Shown one piece after another: positions 8,395 to 17,191 of a stretch of DNA of 32,309 nt. Source of the stretch: Synergistes sp. (GTDB lineage: Bacteria > Synergistota > Synergistia > Synergistales > Synergistaceae). The notes under the pieces were generated by a model. That model was not told the DNA's origin and made no database searches. It worked only from the letters and a program-made list of their open reading frames with translations. The position numbers and the translations under genes were made by a program. How positions within the stretch are numbered: the first letter of the stretch is position 1; the number at the start of each line of letters is the position of its first letter. Location of the stretch: positions 1-32,309 of the forward strand of contig JAEEYY010000216.1 of NCBI GenBank assembly GCA_016288355.1, in the 5' to 3' direction.

Positions 8395-8799
8395 TTAATC
8401 GCGCTGGCAGAGTTCAAGAAGCACTCCGCCGCTTGCCTTCGGGTGCACGAAAGCTATTTTGGCGCCGCCCGCACCGATGCGCGGTTTTTCGTCTATCAGA
8501 CGTACGCCCTTTTCCTTCAGCTCCGCGAGCGCCGCTTCCAGATCTTCGACTCTTACTGCGACATGCTGGATGCCCTGTCCGTTCTTTTCTATGTACTTTG
8601 TGACCGGGCTGTCCTCAGCTGTACCTTCAAGAAGCTCGAATTCGGTATCGTCGATCGGCAGGAACGCTGTCTTTACTTTCTGCTCCTTGACTTCTTCGAT
8701 TCCGTGGCACTTCACTCCGAGAGTTGCCTCCCAGAACTTCAGCGCTTCATCGATACTCTTTACAGCAACACCGATATGGTCTACACATTTGATCTTCAT
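8395..8799 (-). CDS. mce: Methylmalonyl-CoA epimerase (VOC superfamily)
   Basis: DHIGVAV, ELLE, GIQHVAVRV, IAFVHPKASGGVLLEL. ATG 8799 lies 2 nt after the upstream stop. Confidence 0.93.
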   Translation of the reverse strand: MKIKCVDHIGVAVKSIDEALKFWEATLGVKCHGIEEVKEQKVKTAFLPIDDTEFELLEGTAEDSPVTKYIEKNGQGIQHVAVRVEDLEAALAELKEKGVRLIDEKPRIGAGGAKIAFVHPKASGGVLLELCQRD

Positions 8800-8801
8800 T
8801 A

Positions 8802-9218
8802 TTATTTGGCCTCTTTCGCTCTCTTTTCGGCCACGGCTTTCTCCAGCCATTCTATCGTAACTGTCGTAGGCGTGCCGGGGCCGAATATTGCGCCGGCGCC
8901 GAAGCCAAGCAGTGTCGGATAGTCTGTCTCGGGGATAACGCCGCCGCCGAAGACGATTATATCATCGGCCTTCTTCTCTTTGAGAAGGTCGATTATTGTT
9001 TTAAAGCAGTACTCGTGCGCGCCGGAAAGAATGCTTATTCCGATCGCGTCTGCATCTTCCTGTATCGCTGTGGCAACGATCTGTTCCGGTGTCTGGCGGA
9101 GACCTGTGTAAATGACCTCCATGCCTGCGTCCCTGAATGCTCTTGCAATGACCTTTGCGCCACGGTCGTGGCCGTCAAGCCCCGGTTTCGCAACAACTAC
9201 GCGAATTTTGCGGTCCAT
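8802..9218 (-). CDS. Methylmalonyl-CoA mutase, stand-alone cobalamin-binding subunit
   Basis: [13 protein letters not shown] (DxHxxG base-off/His-on motif), SILSGAH, GGVIP, FGPGT. Confidence 0.93.
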   Translation of the reverse strand: MDRKIRVVVAKPGLDGHDRGAKVIARAFRDAGMEVIYTGLRQTPEQIVATAIQEDADAIGISILSGAHEYCFKTIIDLLKEKKADDIIVFGGGVIPETDYPTLLGFGAGAIFGPGTPTTVTIEWLEKAVAEKRAKEAK

Positions 9219-9249
9219 AATCTATTCCTCCTTGAAAGCACCCGCGATT

Positions 9250-10929
9250 CTAAAGAACCACGTTCTCTTTATATTCGCCGAAGACTTCGCGAAGTACGCC
9301 GCAGATCTCGCCTTCCGTCGCATATGCGCGGACTGCGTCAAGTATAAGCGGCATAAGGTTCGCGTCGCCCTTTGCGCCTTCACGTACTGCTTCAAGAGTC
9401 GTCTTGACGCGTACGCCGTCACGTTTCTCTTTCATCTCGCGCAGCTTCTTTATCTGGTTTACGCCGACGCTGGCGTCTACCTTAAGGAGTTTGCGTTCAG
9501 ACATGTCCTCTTCGATCTGGAACTTGTTGACGCCGACTATTATGCGGTCTCCCGACTCTATCGATCTCTGATAGTCATAGGCTGCATCCTGGATGTTCTT
9601 CTGCGGATAGCCCTTTTCGATAGCTGTCATCATTCCGCCCAGTTCGTCGATCTTCTTGATGTACTCCCATGCGCCCTCTTCTATCTGCTTTGTGAGGGCT
9701 TCGACCGCATAGGAGCCGGCAAGCGGGTCGACGATGTTTGTCACGCCTGATTCATAAGCCACGATCTGCTGTGTGCGCAGAGCAATGCGTACGCTCTTGT
9801 CCGTCGGCAGAGCCAGGGCCTCGTCAAGGCTGTTCGTATGAAGCGACTGAGTGCCTCCGCAGACCGCCGCCATTGTCTGGATGGCGACGCGCACGATGTT
9901 GTTCTCCGCCTGCTGAGCGGTGAGAGTGCATCCTGCGGTCTGGGTGTGGAAGCGGAGAGTCTGAGCTCCCTTTTCGGTCACTCCAAAGCGATCTTTCATG
10001 ATGCGTGCCCATACCTTGCGTGCAGCCCTGAACTTCGCGACTTCTTCAATGAAGTCGTTATGCGCGTTAAAGAAGAAAGAAAGGCGTTTCCCGAACACAT
10101 TCGGATCCTGCCCGGATTTCATTGCCGCCTCTACGTAGGCGATGCCGTCCGCGAGCGTAAAGGCAACTTCCTGGATAGCGGTTGAGCCTGCCTCGCGGAT
10201 ATGATATCCGGATATCGATATCGTGTTCCATTTGGGAATATTTTCGCTGCAGAACTTAAAAATGTCCGTGATAAGACGCATCGACGGTTTCGGCGGGAAG
10301 ATGTATGTTCCGCGCGCGATATATTCCTTCAGGATATCGTTCTGAATGGTTCCGGAAAGTGCATTCATCGGGACTCCCTGTTTCTCGGCAACCGCGATGT
10401 ACATCGAAAGAAGTACAGACGCAGGGGCGTTTATGGTCATGGATGTCGAGACTTTGTCGAGAGGGATTCCGCCAAAAAGGATCTCAGCGTCCGCAAGGCT
10501 GTCTACCGCGACTCCGACCTTGCCGCACTCGCCGACCGCCATCGGGTCGTCCGAGTCATAGCCTATCTGCGTCGGAAGGTCAAATGCTACAGAAAGTCCT
10601 GTCGTCCCCTGGCTCAGAAGATAACGATAACGTCTGTTTGAATCTTCAGCCGTTGCAAAACCGGCATACTGACGCATCGTCCAGAAACGGCCCCTGTACA
10701 TCGTGGGCTGGACGCCTCTGGTATAGGGATACGCGCCGGGGAATCCCAGATCTTTGCTGTAGTCAACGTCGTTGACATCCTCGGGGGTATATGTCCTCTT
10801 AAGAGGGATACCGCCGCCTGTTGTGAAATTTTCCTTTCTCTCGGGGCCTTTTGTAAGCGCTTTGGCTACTGCCGCCTCATAGGCCTTTTTCCCTTCAGCC
10901 ACTTCCTGGAGCTGTGTTTGTTCGAACAA
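9250..10929 (-). CDS. mcmA: Methylmalonyl-CoA mutase, substrate-binding (TIM barrel) subunit
   Basis: [71 protein letters not shown] favours TTG at 10929. Confidence 0.93.
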   Translation of the reverse strand: MFEQTQLQEVAEGKKAYEAAVAKALTKGPERKENFTTGGGIPLKRTYTPEDVNDVDYSKDLGFPGAYPYTRGVQPTMYRGRFWTMRQYAGFATAEDSNRRYRYLLSQGTTGLSVAFDLPTQIGYDSDDPMAVGECGKVGVAVDSLADAEILFGGIPLDKVSTSMTINAPASVLLSMYIAVAEKQGVPMNALSGTIQNDILKEYIARGTYIFPPKPSMRLITDIFKFCSENIPKWNTISISGYHIREAGSTAIQEVAFTLADGIAYVEAAMKSGQDPNVFGKRLSFFFNAHNDFIEEVAKFRAARKVWARIMKDRFGVTEKGAQTLRFHTQTAGCTLTAQQAENNIVRVAIQTMAAVCGGTQSLHTNSLDEALALPTDKSVRIALRTQQIVAYESGVTNIVDPLAGSYAVEALTKQIEEGAWEYIKKIDELGGMMTAIEKGYPQKNIQDAAYDYQRSIESGDRIIVGVNKFQIEEDMSERKLLKVDASVGVNQIKKLREMKEKRDGVRVKTTLEAVREGAKGDANLMPLILDAVRAYATEGEICGVLREVFGEYKENVVL

Positions 10930-11084
10930 ATTACTCCGCCTCCTCGCGAAACATACAAAATAAACCATAATGACCCCCTGTACCTGCACACGGGTCACTA
11001 TCGCAAAAAACCACACAGTGCTATTATTGCTTAATTTCTGTCAAATTGCAACATTTTAGCGTTAATTACAGACAAATTTCTATT

Positions 11085-11099
11085 TTATAACCATTATTA
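11085..11099. promoter_or_regulatory. Per/Fur-family box-like site upstream of fprA
   Basis: TTATAACCATTATTA matches 12 of 14 defined positions of the Per box TTATAATnATTATAA; the AT-rich background weakens this. Confidence 0.35.
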
Positions 11100-11111
11100 A
11101 TTATGATTTTC

Positions 11112-11140
11112 AGGACAGAGTATCGCGGTTGATATATAAT
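11112..11140 (+). promoter_or_regulatory. Putative sigma70 promoter for fprA
   Basis: AGGACA-17 bp-TATAAT; AAGGAGG RBS downstream. Confidence 0.5.
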
Positions 11141-11182
11141 AATCTATCGGCTTTGAGCAAATAATCAAGGAGGTACATCATA

Positions 11183-12391
11183 ATGATGCAGCAGGCGGTC
11201 AAAGTTACCGATACTATATATTGGATCGGCGGCAACGACAGAGAAACAGATCTCTTCGAGGGGCTGTGGACTCTTCCCAAAGGGGTGGCTTACAACGCGT
11301 ATTTCATCAATGATGAAAAGAGCGCGCTGATAGATACGATAAAGTCCGACAAACTATCAGCCTATGTGGAAAGACTCGTGTCGATAATGCCTGAAGGGCA
11401 CGGCATAGACTATCTTATCGTCAACCATATGGAGCCGGACCACTCAGGCTCGATAAGCATACTGCGCAAATTCTATCCGGAGATGAAGATAGTCGGGAAC
11501 AAGAAGACGATAGAGATGATCAAGGCCTTTTACGGCATATCCGACGGCATGGTAGAGGTCAAAGAGGGCGACGTGCTTGATCTCGGACATCACAGGCTGA
11601 CCTTTGCCACGATTCCGATGGTCCACTGGCCGGAGAGCATGGTCACATACGATACCACCGAAAAGGTGCTCTTCTCAACGGACGCTTTCGGCGGATTCTG
11701 CGCCCTCGAAGGCGGGATATTCGACGATGAGCTCGATATGTCGCTGTATGAAGATGAGACGCTGCGCTATTTTGCGAATATCGTCGGACGCTACTCCGCG
11801 CCGACGCAGAAGGCGATAGCCAAGGTCCGCACTCTCGACCTGAAGATCATCTGCCCGTCGCACGGGCCTATCCTCCGCTCCGACCCGTGGCATATCGTCG
11901 ACCTTTACGACAAATGGAGCAGTCACAGAACGGAAGAGGGAATAGTGGTAGTTTACGGTTCCATGTACGGCAACACCAAGTTCATGACCGATACTATAGC
12001 GAGGGCGGCCGCCGAAGCCGGTATCAAGGACGTTATAATTCATGACGCCTCCCGCTCGAACCTTTCGTATATCGTCCGCGATATATGGAAATACCGCGGG
12101 CTCGTGCTCGGGAGCTGCACCTACAACACCGAGCTCTACCCGCCTGTCGCCGCGCTCTGCCGCGCTTTGAAAAACAAGATGATGAAGAACCGCGTGCTCG
12201 GCATCTGCGGCTCGTACAGCTGGAGCAAGGGAGCGCTTGCCGAGCTGCAGGTATTTGCGGAGCAGGGCGGAGACTGGCAGCTTGTCACTCCGACCGTGGA
12301 AGTCAAGTCCTCCCCGACGGAAGAGGATCTTATCCTCTGCCGTGAACTTGGCACCAATATGGCAAAAGCGATCCGCGAAAGCGGGAAATAG
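11183..12391 (+). CDS. fprA: Flavodiiron protein (A-type flavoprotein; O2/NO reductase)
   Basis: HMEPDHSG, VHWPES, STDAFG and PSHGP di-iron ligands; flavodoxin domain YGSMYGNT and GSYSWS. Confidence 0.92.
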   Translation: MMQQAVKVTDTIYWIGGNDRETDLFEGLWTLPKGVAYNAYFINDEKSALIDTIKSDKLSAYVERLVSIMPEGHGIDYLIVNHMEPDHSGSISILRKFYPEMKIVGNKKTIEMIKAFYGISDGMVEVKEGDVLDLGHHRLTFATIPMVHWPESMVTYDTTEKVLFSTDAFGGFCALEGGIFDDELDMSLYEDETLRYFANIVGRYSAPTQKAIAKVRTLDLKIICPSHGPILRSDPWHIVDLYDKWSSHRTEEGIVVVYGSMYGNTKFMTDTIARAAAEAGIKDVIIHDASRSNLSYIVRDIWKYRGLVLGSCTYNTELYPPVAALCRALKNKMMKNRVLGICGSYSWSKGALAELQVFAEQGGDWQLVTPTVEVKSSPTEEDLILCRELGTNMAKAIRESGK

Positions 12392-12464
12392 TTCCGCGCC
12401 ACAGAACAAGCGGCGGCTTTTTCCGCCGCGGCGCTTTACCGACATCGCCTGACAGTTATGCGAT

Positions 12465-12511
12465 AAAAAACGCCCGCCGTTTGGCAGCTGCCATAACGGC
12501 GGGCGTTTTTT
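12465..12511. terminator. Bidirectional intrinsic terminator between convergent genes
   Basis: AAAAAACGCCCGCCGTT / AACGGCGGGCGTTTTTT 17-bp perfect arms. Confidence 0.85.
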
Positions 12512-12527
12512 CCGTCTTACCCCGGCA

Positions 12528-12992
12528 TCAGAAGCGGGGGTATACTTCAGTGATCTTGAGTTTGGGGGCATACTGCTTTATGAGCTCTTTCAGTTTTGGC
12601 ATATCCCCCTTGCCAAACAGCAGCTTCCATCCTGTGACGTCTCTTTCAGCGAAGAGCATAACGCGCTCTCCTTTTGTCTGCAGCGTGACTGAGCGAATTT
12701 CTTTCCACGGAAGTATCTCGCGGTGGTGCGAAAACCATGTATGCGTTTCCTTGACTAACCCGAGTTCGGAAACATAGATGCGCTTTTCGTACCTTACCAC
12801 CATAGCGCTGCACAACCCGAGAAAGATGTTCAGCCACGCCTTCTGGCCGTAATTGCCCTTTGTGAGCTGCCACAGACCGGTGAACAGCAGATAGACTGCT
12901 ATTACCGCGAATGCGCCGGATTTCCATTTCCCGGCCTCTCTTGCCGATGCGGAAGAGAGCAAACTTTCTAAAGGCTCAAGCTGCTGTTTCAA
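12528..12992 (-). CDS. Hypothetical small membrane protein (two TM helices plus a beta-rich C-terminal domain)
   Basis: Fills the gap between nhaC and the terminator; two hydrophobic segments followed by a basic soluble region; TTG start uncertain. Confidence 0.7.
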   Translation of the reverse strand: MKQQLEPLESLLSSASAREAGKWKSGAFAVIAVYLLFTGLWQLTKGNYGQKAWLNIFLGLCSAMVVRYEKRIYVSELGLVKETHTWFSHHREILPWKEIRSVTLQTKGERVMLFAERDVTGWKLLFGKGDMPKLKELIKQYAPKLKITEVYPRF

Positions 12993-13019
12993 TATTAAAG
13001 CTTTCTTCAGCTTATTGCG

Positions 13020-14573
13020 CTAAAACGGTATTTCCTCGCCGAGTTCCGCAGGGCGCTTCTTGCCGCCGCGGACCGGTTCGCCGTCTCTGCCGCGCCAGAA
13101 TATGCCTATGCCGAAGGAAGTCATCAGGATAGCAATGATCGGGTTCAGGTAGTTAAAGAACGCAAAAGGCAGATACTGGAGCGTCGGTACTCCCAGGACG
13201 CCGGTGTGGTAGGCGCCGCAGGTGTTCCACGGAATAAGGACCGAGACCAGCGTACCGCAGTCTTCCAGCGAGCGGGAGAGCATTCTCGGATGCAGTCCGA
13301 CTCTGTCGAATTCGCTCTTGAACATCGTACCCGGCATTGCTATCGACAGATACTGGTCGCCGAGGAATATGTCGCAGATGAGGCAGGAGGCGATAACGGC
13401 AACTACGAGACCGGTCACTGACTTGACGGGTTTCATTATCGCGTTGAGCATGACTTTCAGGAAACCGCAGCTCTCCATCGTGCAGCCGAAGGAGAAGGCG
13501 CAGAGGATAAGGGATATCGTCCAGTTCATCGACTGCAGACCGCCGCGTTCCATAAGCGAAACTATGTCTTTTGCCGCTTCGGCCACAACGCCGGCCTCAA
13601 GCGTGATGTTGTTGTCGCCGAGCAGTTTTGCGAGGGCTCCTGCGTCTTCGGCGGCGTCAGCGATCTCAGCGGACAGTGCCGGCGAGTAGCCGTCCTGCAT
13701 GATGCCCAGCAGGTCGCCGATGCTTACGCCCTGGAAGAGTGCAAATATCACCGCGATGAACACGCCGACCCAAAGGGCAGGTATAGCCGGTTTGCGCATT
13801 GCAGACAGCACGATGACCGCCAGCGGGGCAATAAGTGTGATCGGGCTGATCCAGAATTCCGCGGCAAGCAGTGTCTTTATTGCTTCTATCTTGCTGTAGT
13901 CAAGTTCTCCGCCGGCATAACGGAAGCCGAGAACAAGCGTGATCACGATGACGATGCAGTACGTCGGCCCGGATGTCCAGCACATCGCGCGGATATGCTG
14001 GAAGAGGTCTGTGCCGGCTACCGCAGGGGCCAGGTTCGTGGTGTCAGAGAGAGGCGACATCTTGTCTCCGAAATAGCCGCCGCAGATGATGATACCGGCT
14101 GTCAGAGGGGCCGGGATGCCAAGACCGGTCGCTATACCGAGAATCGCGATGCCGACCGTTCCCGCCGTGCCCCAGGAAGTACCGGTCGAGAGCGATACTA
14201 TCGAGCAGATGATAAGTGTTGCAAGAAGGAATATAGACGGAGACAGAATTGAGAGACCGTAGTAGATCATGCTCGGCACGACTCCGCTGCAGATCCATGA
14301 ACCGACCAGCGGCCCGACCGTGTAAAGGATGAGGCATGCCTGCATGCCCACCATAATGCCCTCGATAACGCCTTTTTCAACTTTTGAGTAGGGATTTCCC
14401 AAGTAGAAAACGCCGACGCAGCCGGCAAGCAGCGCACCGAATATGAGGATAAGATGGATGTCAGTCTCCCACTTGAGAACTGCCATGCCGATAAGTACTG
14501 CTACGATAAGAAAAACAAGGACAGAAAGCGCTAATGAAGGTGTCTTTGGTTCCCGCGCTTTTTCATTACTCAT
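13020..14573 (-). CDS. nhaC: NhaC-family Na+/H+ antiporter or Na+-coupled solute transporter
   Basis: GTSWGTAGTVG, GGYFGDKMSPLSDTTNLA, LSRSLEDCGT, LIPWN motifs; AAGGAG RBS. Confidence 0.9.
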   Translation of the reverse strand: MSNEKAREPKTPSLALSVLVFLIVAVLIGMAVLKWETDIHLILIFGALLAGCVGVFYLGNPYSKVEKGVIEGIMVGMQACLILYTVGPLVGSWICSGVVPSMIYYGLSILSPSIFLLATLIICSIVSLSTGTSWGTAGTVGIAILGIATGLGIPAPLTAGIIICGGYFGDKMSPLSDTTNLAPAVAGTDLFQHIRAMCWTSGPTYCIVIVITLVLGFRYAGGELDYSKIEAIKTLLAAEFWISPITLIAPLAVIVLSAMRKPAIPALWVGVFIAVIFALFQGVSIGDLLGIMQDGYSPALSAEIADAAEDAGALAKLLGDNNITLEAGVVAEAAKDIVSLMERGGLQSMNWTISLILCAFSFGCTMESCGFLKVMLNAIMKPVKSVTGLVVAVIASCLICDIFLGDQYLSIAMPGTMFKSEFDRVGLHPRMLSRSLEDCGTLVSVLIPWNTCGAYHTGVLGVPTLQYLPFAFFNYLNPIIAILMTSFGIGIFWRGRDGEPVRGGKKRPAELGEEIPF

Positions 14574-14903
14574 AAAATTTCACTCTCCTTTTGGATGTAT
14601 AAAAACCGATTACAAAGATAACAAAAAACACCGTATCTTATTATTTTGTTTTTTTGTGAGGCACCTCCCCGTCTGCATATGATTCAGGAAAAACGATAAA
14701 AACAGCATAAAAATGCAGGCTTAGCTGCTTTCTTACTGTCTTTGATTTTATTGCATTAATATTGTTTTGTCCATAGCAAAAATACTAATGGTTGTGCATG
14801 TTACATTAAATAATGCAGATCTGATATGCATGATGTTATAAAATTACGGCGTACGCCTGCGCGGCGCGCCTGAACATGCTTACTTTTGTCATGAAAATAA
14901 CAG

Positions 14904-14932
14904 TTGAAAGCCGGAAGTTTTCACGATACAAT
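14904..14932 (+). promoter_or_regulatory. Sigma70 promoter for ferredoxin
   Basis: TTGAAA-17 bp-TACAAT. Confidence 0.65.
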
Positions 14933-14995
14933 AACATGATGAGAGGGATATATCCCTATGCAATATGCAGATAAAATTAAGGAGGACATCTTAAT

Positions 14996-15169
14996 ATGGC
15001 CAAGGCAACAGTTGATCAGTCAGTATGCGTAGGCTGCGAAGCCTGCGTCGGCGTATGCCCCGTTTCTGCTATTTCCGTAAACGACGGCAAAGCTTCCGTT
15101 GATGCGGACACCTGCGTAGAGTGCGGCGCCTGCGCGGCTACCTGCCCGGTGAGCGCGATCTCGCTGTAA
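14996..15169 (+). CDS. fdx: 2[4Fe-4S] ferredoxin, 57 aa (not in the supplied ORF track)
   Basis: MAKATVDQSVCVGCEACVGVCPVSAISVNDGKASVDADTCVECGACAATCPVSAISL; two CxxCxxCxxxCP motifs; TAAGGAGG RBS; own promoter and terminator. Confidence 0.95.
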   Translation: MAKATVDQSVCVGCEACVGVCPVSAISVNDGKASVDADTCVECGACAATCPVSAISL

Positions 15170-15202
15170 ATTTGTATTACAAATAAGTTTTGGATAAGTT
15201 TT

Positions 15203-15239
15203 AAAAAACAGACCGCCGATGAGGCAGGTCTGTTTTTTT
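15203..15239. terminator. Bidirectional intrinsic terminator
   Basis: AAAAAACAGACC...GGTCTGTTTTTTT stem between the convergent ferredoxin and aldolase genes. Confidence 0.85.
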
Positions 15240-15266
15240 ATCCTGATAACGCCTGCACGAAAAGCT

Positions 15267-15911
15267 TTACTTCTGTCCGTAACGCGCAGCTATGTCGGCG
15301 GCTTCTTCTGCCGCCTCTTCACTGCTCAGCGCGGTCCCCCCTCCCGCAGATGCGGCAGTGAAGAATATTTTCGCAAATAATTCAAGCATACAGCAGCGAT
15401 CGGCTGCCTGACGCAGATCTTTTCCGACACACAGAGCTCCGTGGTTTGCCATCAGCACAGCAGCGCCTCCCGCAAGCGCCGCGGAAACGTTTTCGGCAAG
15501 CGCCGGCGTCCCGATGGGCGCGTGACGTGCCGTGGGGATATCTCCTCCGAACATTACCGCCTGATTGTCCGTCAGACAGGGAAGAGGACGCCTCAGAGCT
15601 GACGCCGCCGTAGCATAGAGTGAATGCGTGTGCGCTACGGCGTTCACGTCGGGGCGCATGCGGTAGACCGCGGCATGGAGCGCGCTTTCGATCGAAGGAG
15701 TTCTTGTGCCTTCGATGAGCTCGCAGTCGGGAGAAAGCTTCGGCAGATCCTCAGGCGCAAGCAATGCGTAATCCATGCCCGACGGGGTTATTATGAACCC
15801 GCCGGCGCAGCGCACGCTGAAATTTCCGCCCGTCCCCTGTACAAGGCCGCTCCTGTGCATATCAAGCGCGGTCTTTATGATCTCTTTTCTCAGTTCCGTC
15901 TCATCCATCAT
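15267..15911 (-). CDS. Class II aldolase/adducin family protein (FucA-like)
   Basis: GTGGNFSVR, ITPSG, PSIESALH, HTHS and NHG Zn ligands. Start at ATG 15911 (or 15908) overlaps the MFS stop. Confidence 0.87.
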   Translation of the reverse strand: MMDETELRKEIIKTALDMHRSGLVQGTGGNFSVRCAGGFIITPSGMDYALLAPEDLPKLSPDCELIEGTRTPSIESALHAAVYRMRPDVNAVAHTHSLYATAASALRRPLPCLTDNQAVMFGGDIPTARHAPIGTPALAENVSAALAGGAAVLMANHGALCVGKDLRQAADRCCMLELFAKIFFTAASAGGGTALSSEEAAEEAADIAARYGQK

Positions 15912-17181
15912 TTGCTTTTCTGATCCTTTCCGCGAGCGGTATCGCAAATATGTTGAGCGCCGCAAGCGCGAGAAAGACCGCGTTCACGCCGCTCCCCAGC
16001 GCCAGCATCGCGGCGCACATCCCGACCGCAGCCACCATGGCAAGCGATGTCATCACATTCAGCGACGCTATCACGCGCGACATATAAGCCGACGGCGTCA
16101 CCTTCTGCAGTATCGCATATACCGGGACGCTGTAGAGCCCGCCGCCCACTGCTACCATGAACATAGAAAGGATCACGCCCAGAGCCTGAGGACGGGAGAT
16201 AAAGCCGGAAAGGGGAAGCAGGCTGCCGCCGTGCGGCGTCTTCAAACTGATCAGATAGAGCAGGAGAGTGAATATGCTGACTCCGGCAAGGCTCAGAGAA
16301 AGATATCTGCCGCTTACCCGCCCGTGAAGCAGCTTATTGCATAATACGGATCCGGCGCCGACCCCGAGCGAGAATACCACGAGGAAGAATGTGGAGACCT
16401 GTTCGTTCCCTCCCATCGCAAATTTGGTAAAAGAAGGGAGCTGCGCGAGGAATACCGATCCAAGGAAATAAAACCAGCATATGCCGAGCATCGAAAGGAA
16501 TATCTTCCTGTCGGAGAACGGATATGAGAGCATCGCGGCCGTGGAGCGGAAGATATTTCTGTCGACCGCAAGGTCGGGCGCAGAGGAAGCAGCCTGCGGT
16601 ATAAAGCGTGCGGAGATGTATCCTGCAGCGGCGACACCTATGATGCCTGCAGATACCTTAAAGCTGCCGTACGGGGACATTATGAAGAGCCCGCCGAAAA
16701 GAGTGCCTGTTATTATCGCAATGTTTGTCCCCGCGCTTACAAGGCCGTTCCCGGCGACGAGCTCGTCTTCCGCAAGGTGCTGCGGAAGAATGCTGAACTT
16801 CATCGGCCCGAAGAAGGCGGATTTTGTGCTCATAAGGAAAAGCAGTATCACAAGCCACCAGAGGCTCTCGCAGATTAGGGCCGCCGCCGCGCAGAATGAG
16901 AGCAGCATCTCAGCTATTCTTATTTTGCAGATAAGAGCGGACTTTTCGTATTTGTCGGCCAGCTGTCCCGCAAGCGACGAAAATGGGATATAAGGCAGGA
17001 TATATACTCCGAATACCAGTGTTATCACGACGCCGGAATCAAAACCGTATTCTTCGGCAAGGCGGAAGGTGATGAGCGTGACTATCGCGTTTTTGAAAAG
17101 ATTATCATTGAAGGCGCTGGCAAACTGTGTTATGAAAAGCGGCAGGAAACGCCGCGATCTTAACAGCGACAGCTGCTTCAT
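15901..17181 (-). CDS. MFS transporter, LplT/Aas-associated lysophospholipid-flippase-like
   Basis: N-terminal RRFLPLFITQFASAFNDNLFKN, GQLADKYEK, FFGPMKFSILPQ, GGGLYSVPVYA; about 12 TM helices. Confidence 0.8.
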   Translation of the reverse strand: MKQLSLLRSRRFLPLFITQFASAFNDNLFKNAIVTLITFRLAEEYGFDSGVVITLVFGVYILPYIPFSSLAGQLADKYEKSALICKIRIAEMLLSFCAAAALICESLWWLVILLFLMSTKSAFFGPMKFSILPQHLAEDELVAGNGLVSAGTNIAIITGTLFGGLFIMSPYGSFKVSAGIIGVAAAGYISARFIPQAASSAPDLAVDRNIFRSTAAMLSYPFSDRKIFLSMLGICWFYFLGSVFLAQLPSFTKFAMGGNEQVSTFFLVVFSLGVGAGSVLCNKLLHGRVSGRYLSLSLAGVSIFTLLLYLISLKTPHGGSLLPLSGFISRPQALGVILSMFMVAVGGGLYSVPVYAILQKVTPSAYMSRVIASLNVMTSLAMVAAVGMCAAMLALGSGVNAVFLALAALNIFAIPLAERIRKANDG

Positions 17182-17191
17182 TCTTTTGCCC

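Noticed and set aside
6745-10775. Several plus-strand ORFs opposite the mutase/decarboxylase operon
   Set aside because: Mirror-frame artefacts of strongly biased coding sequence.
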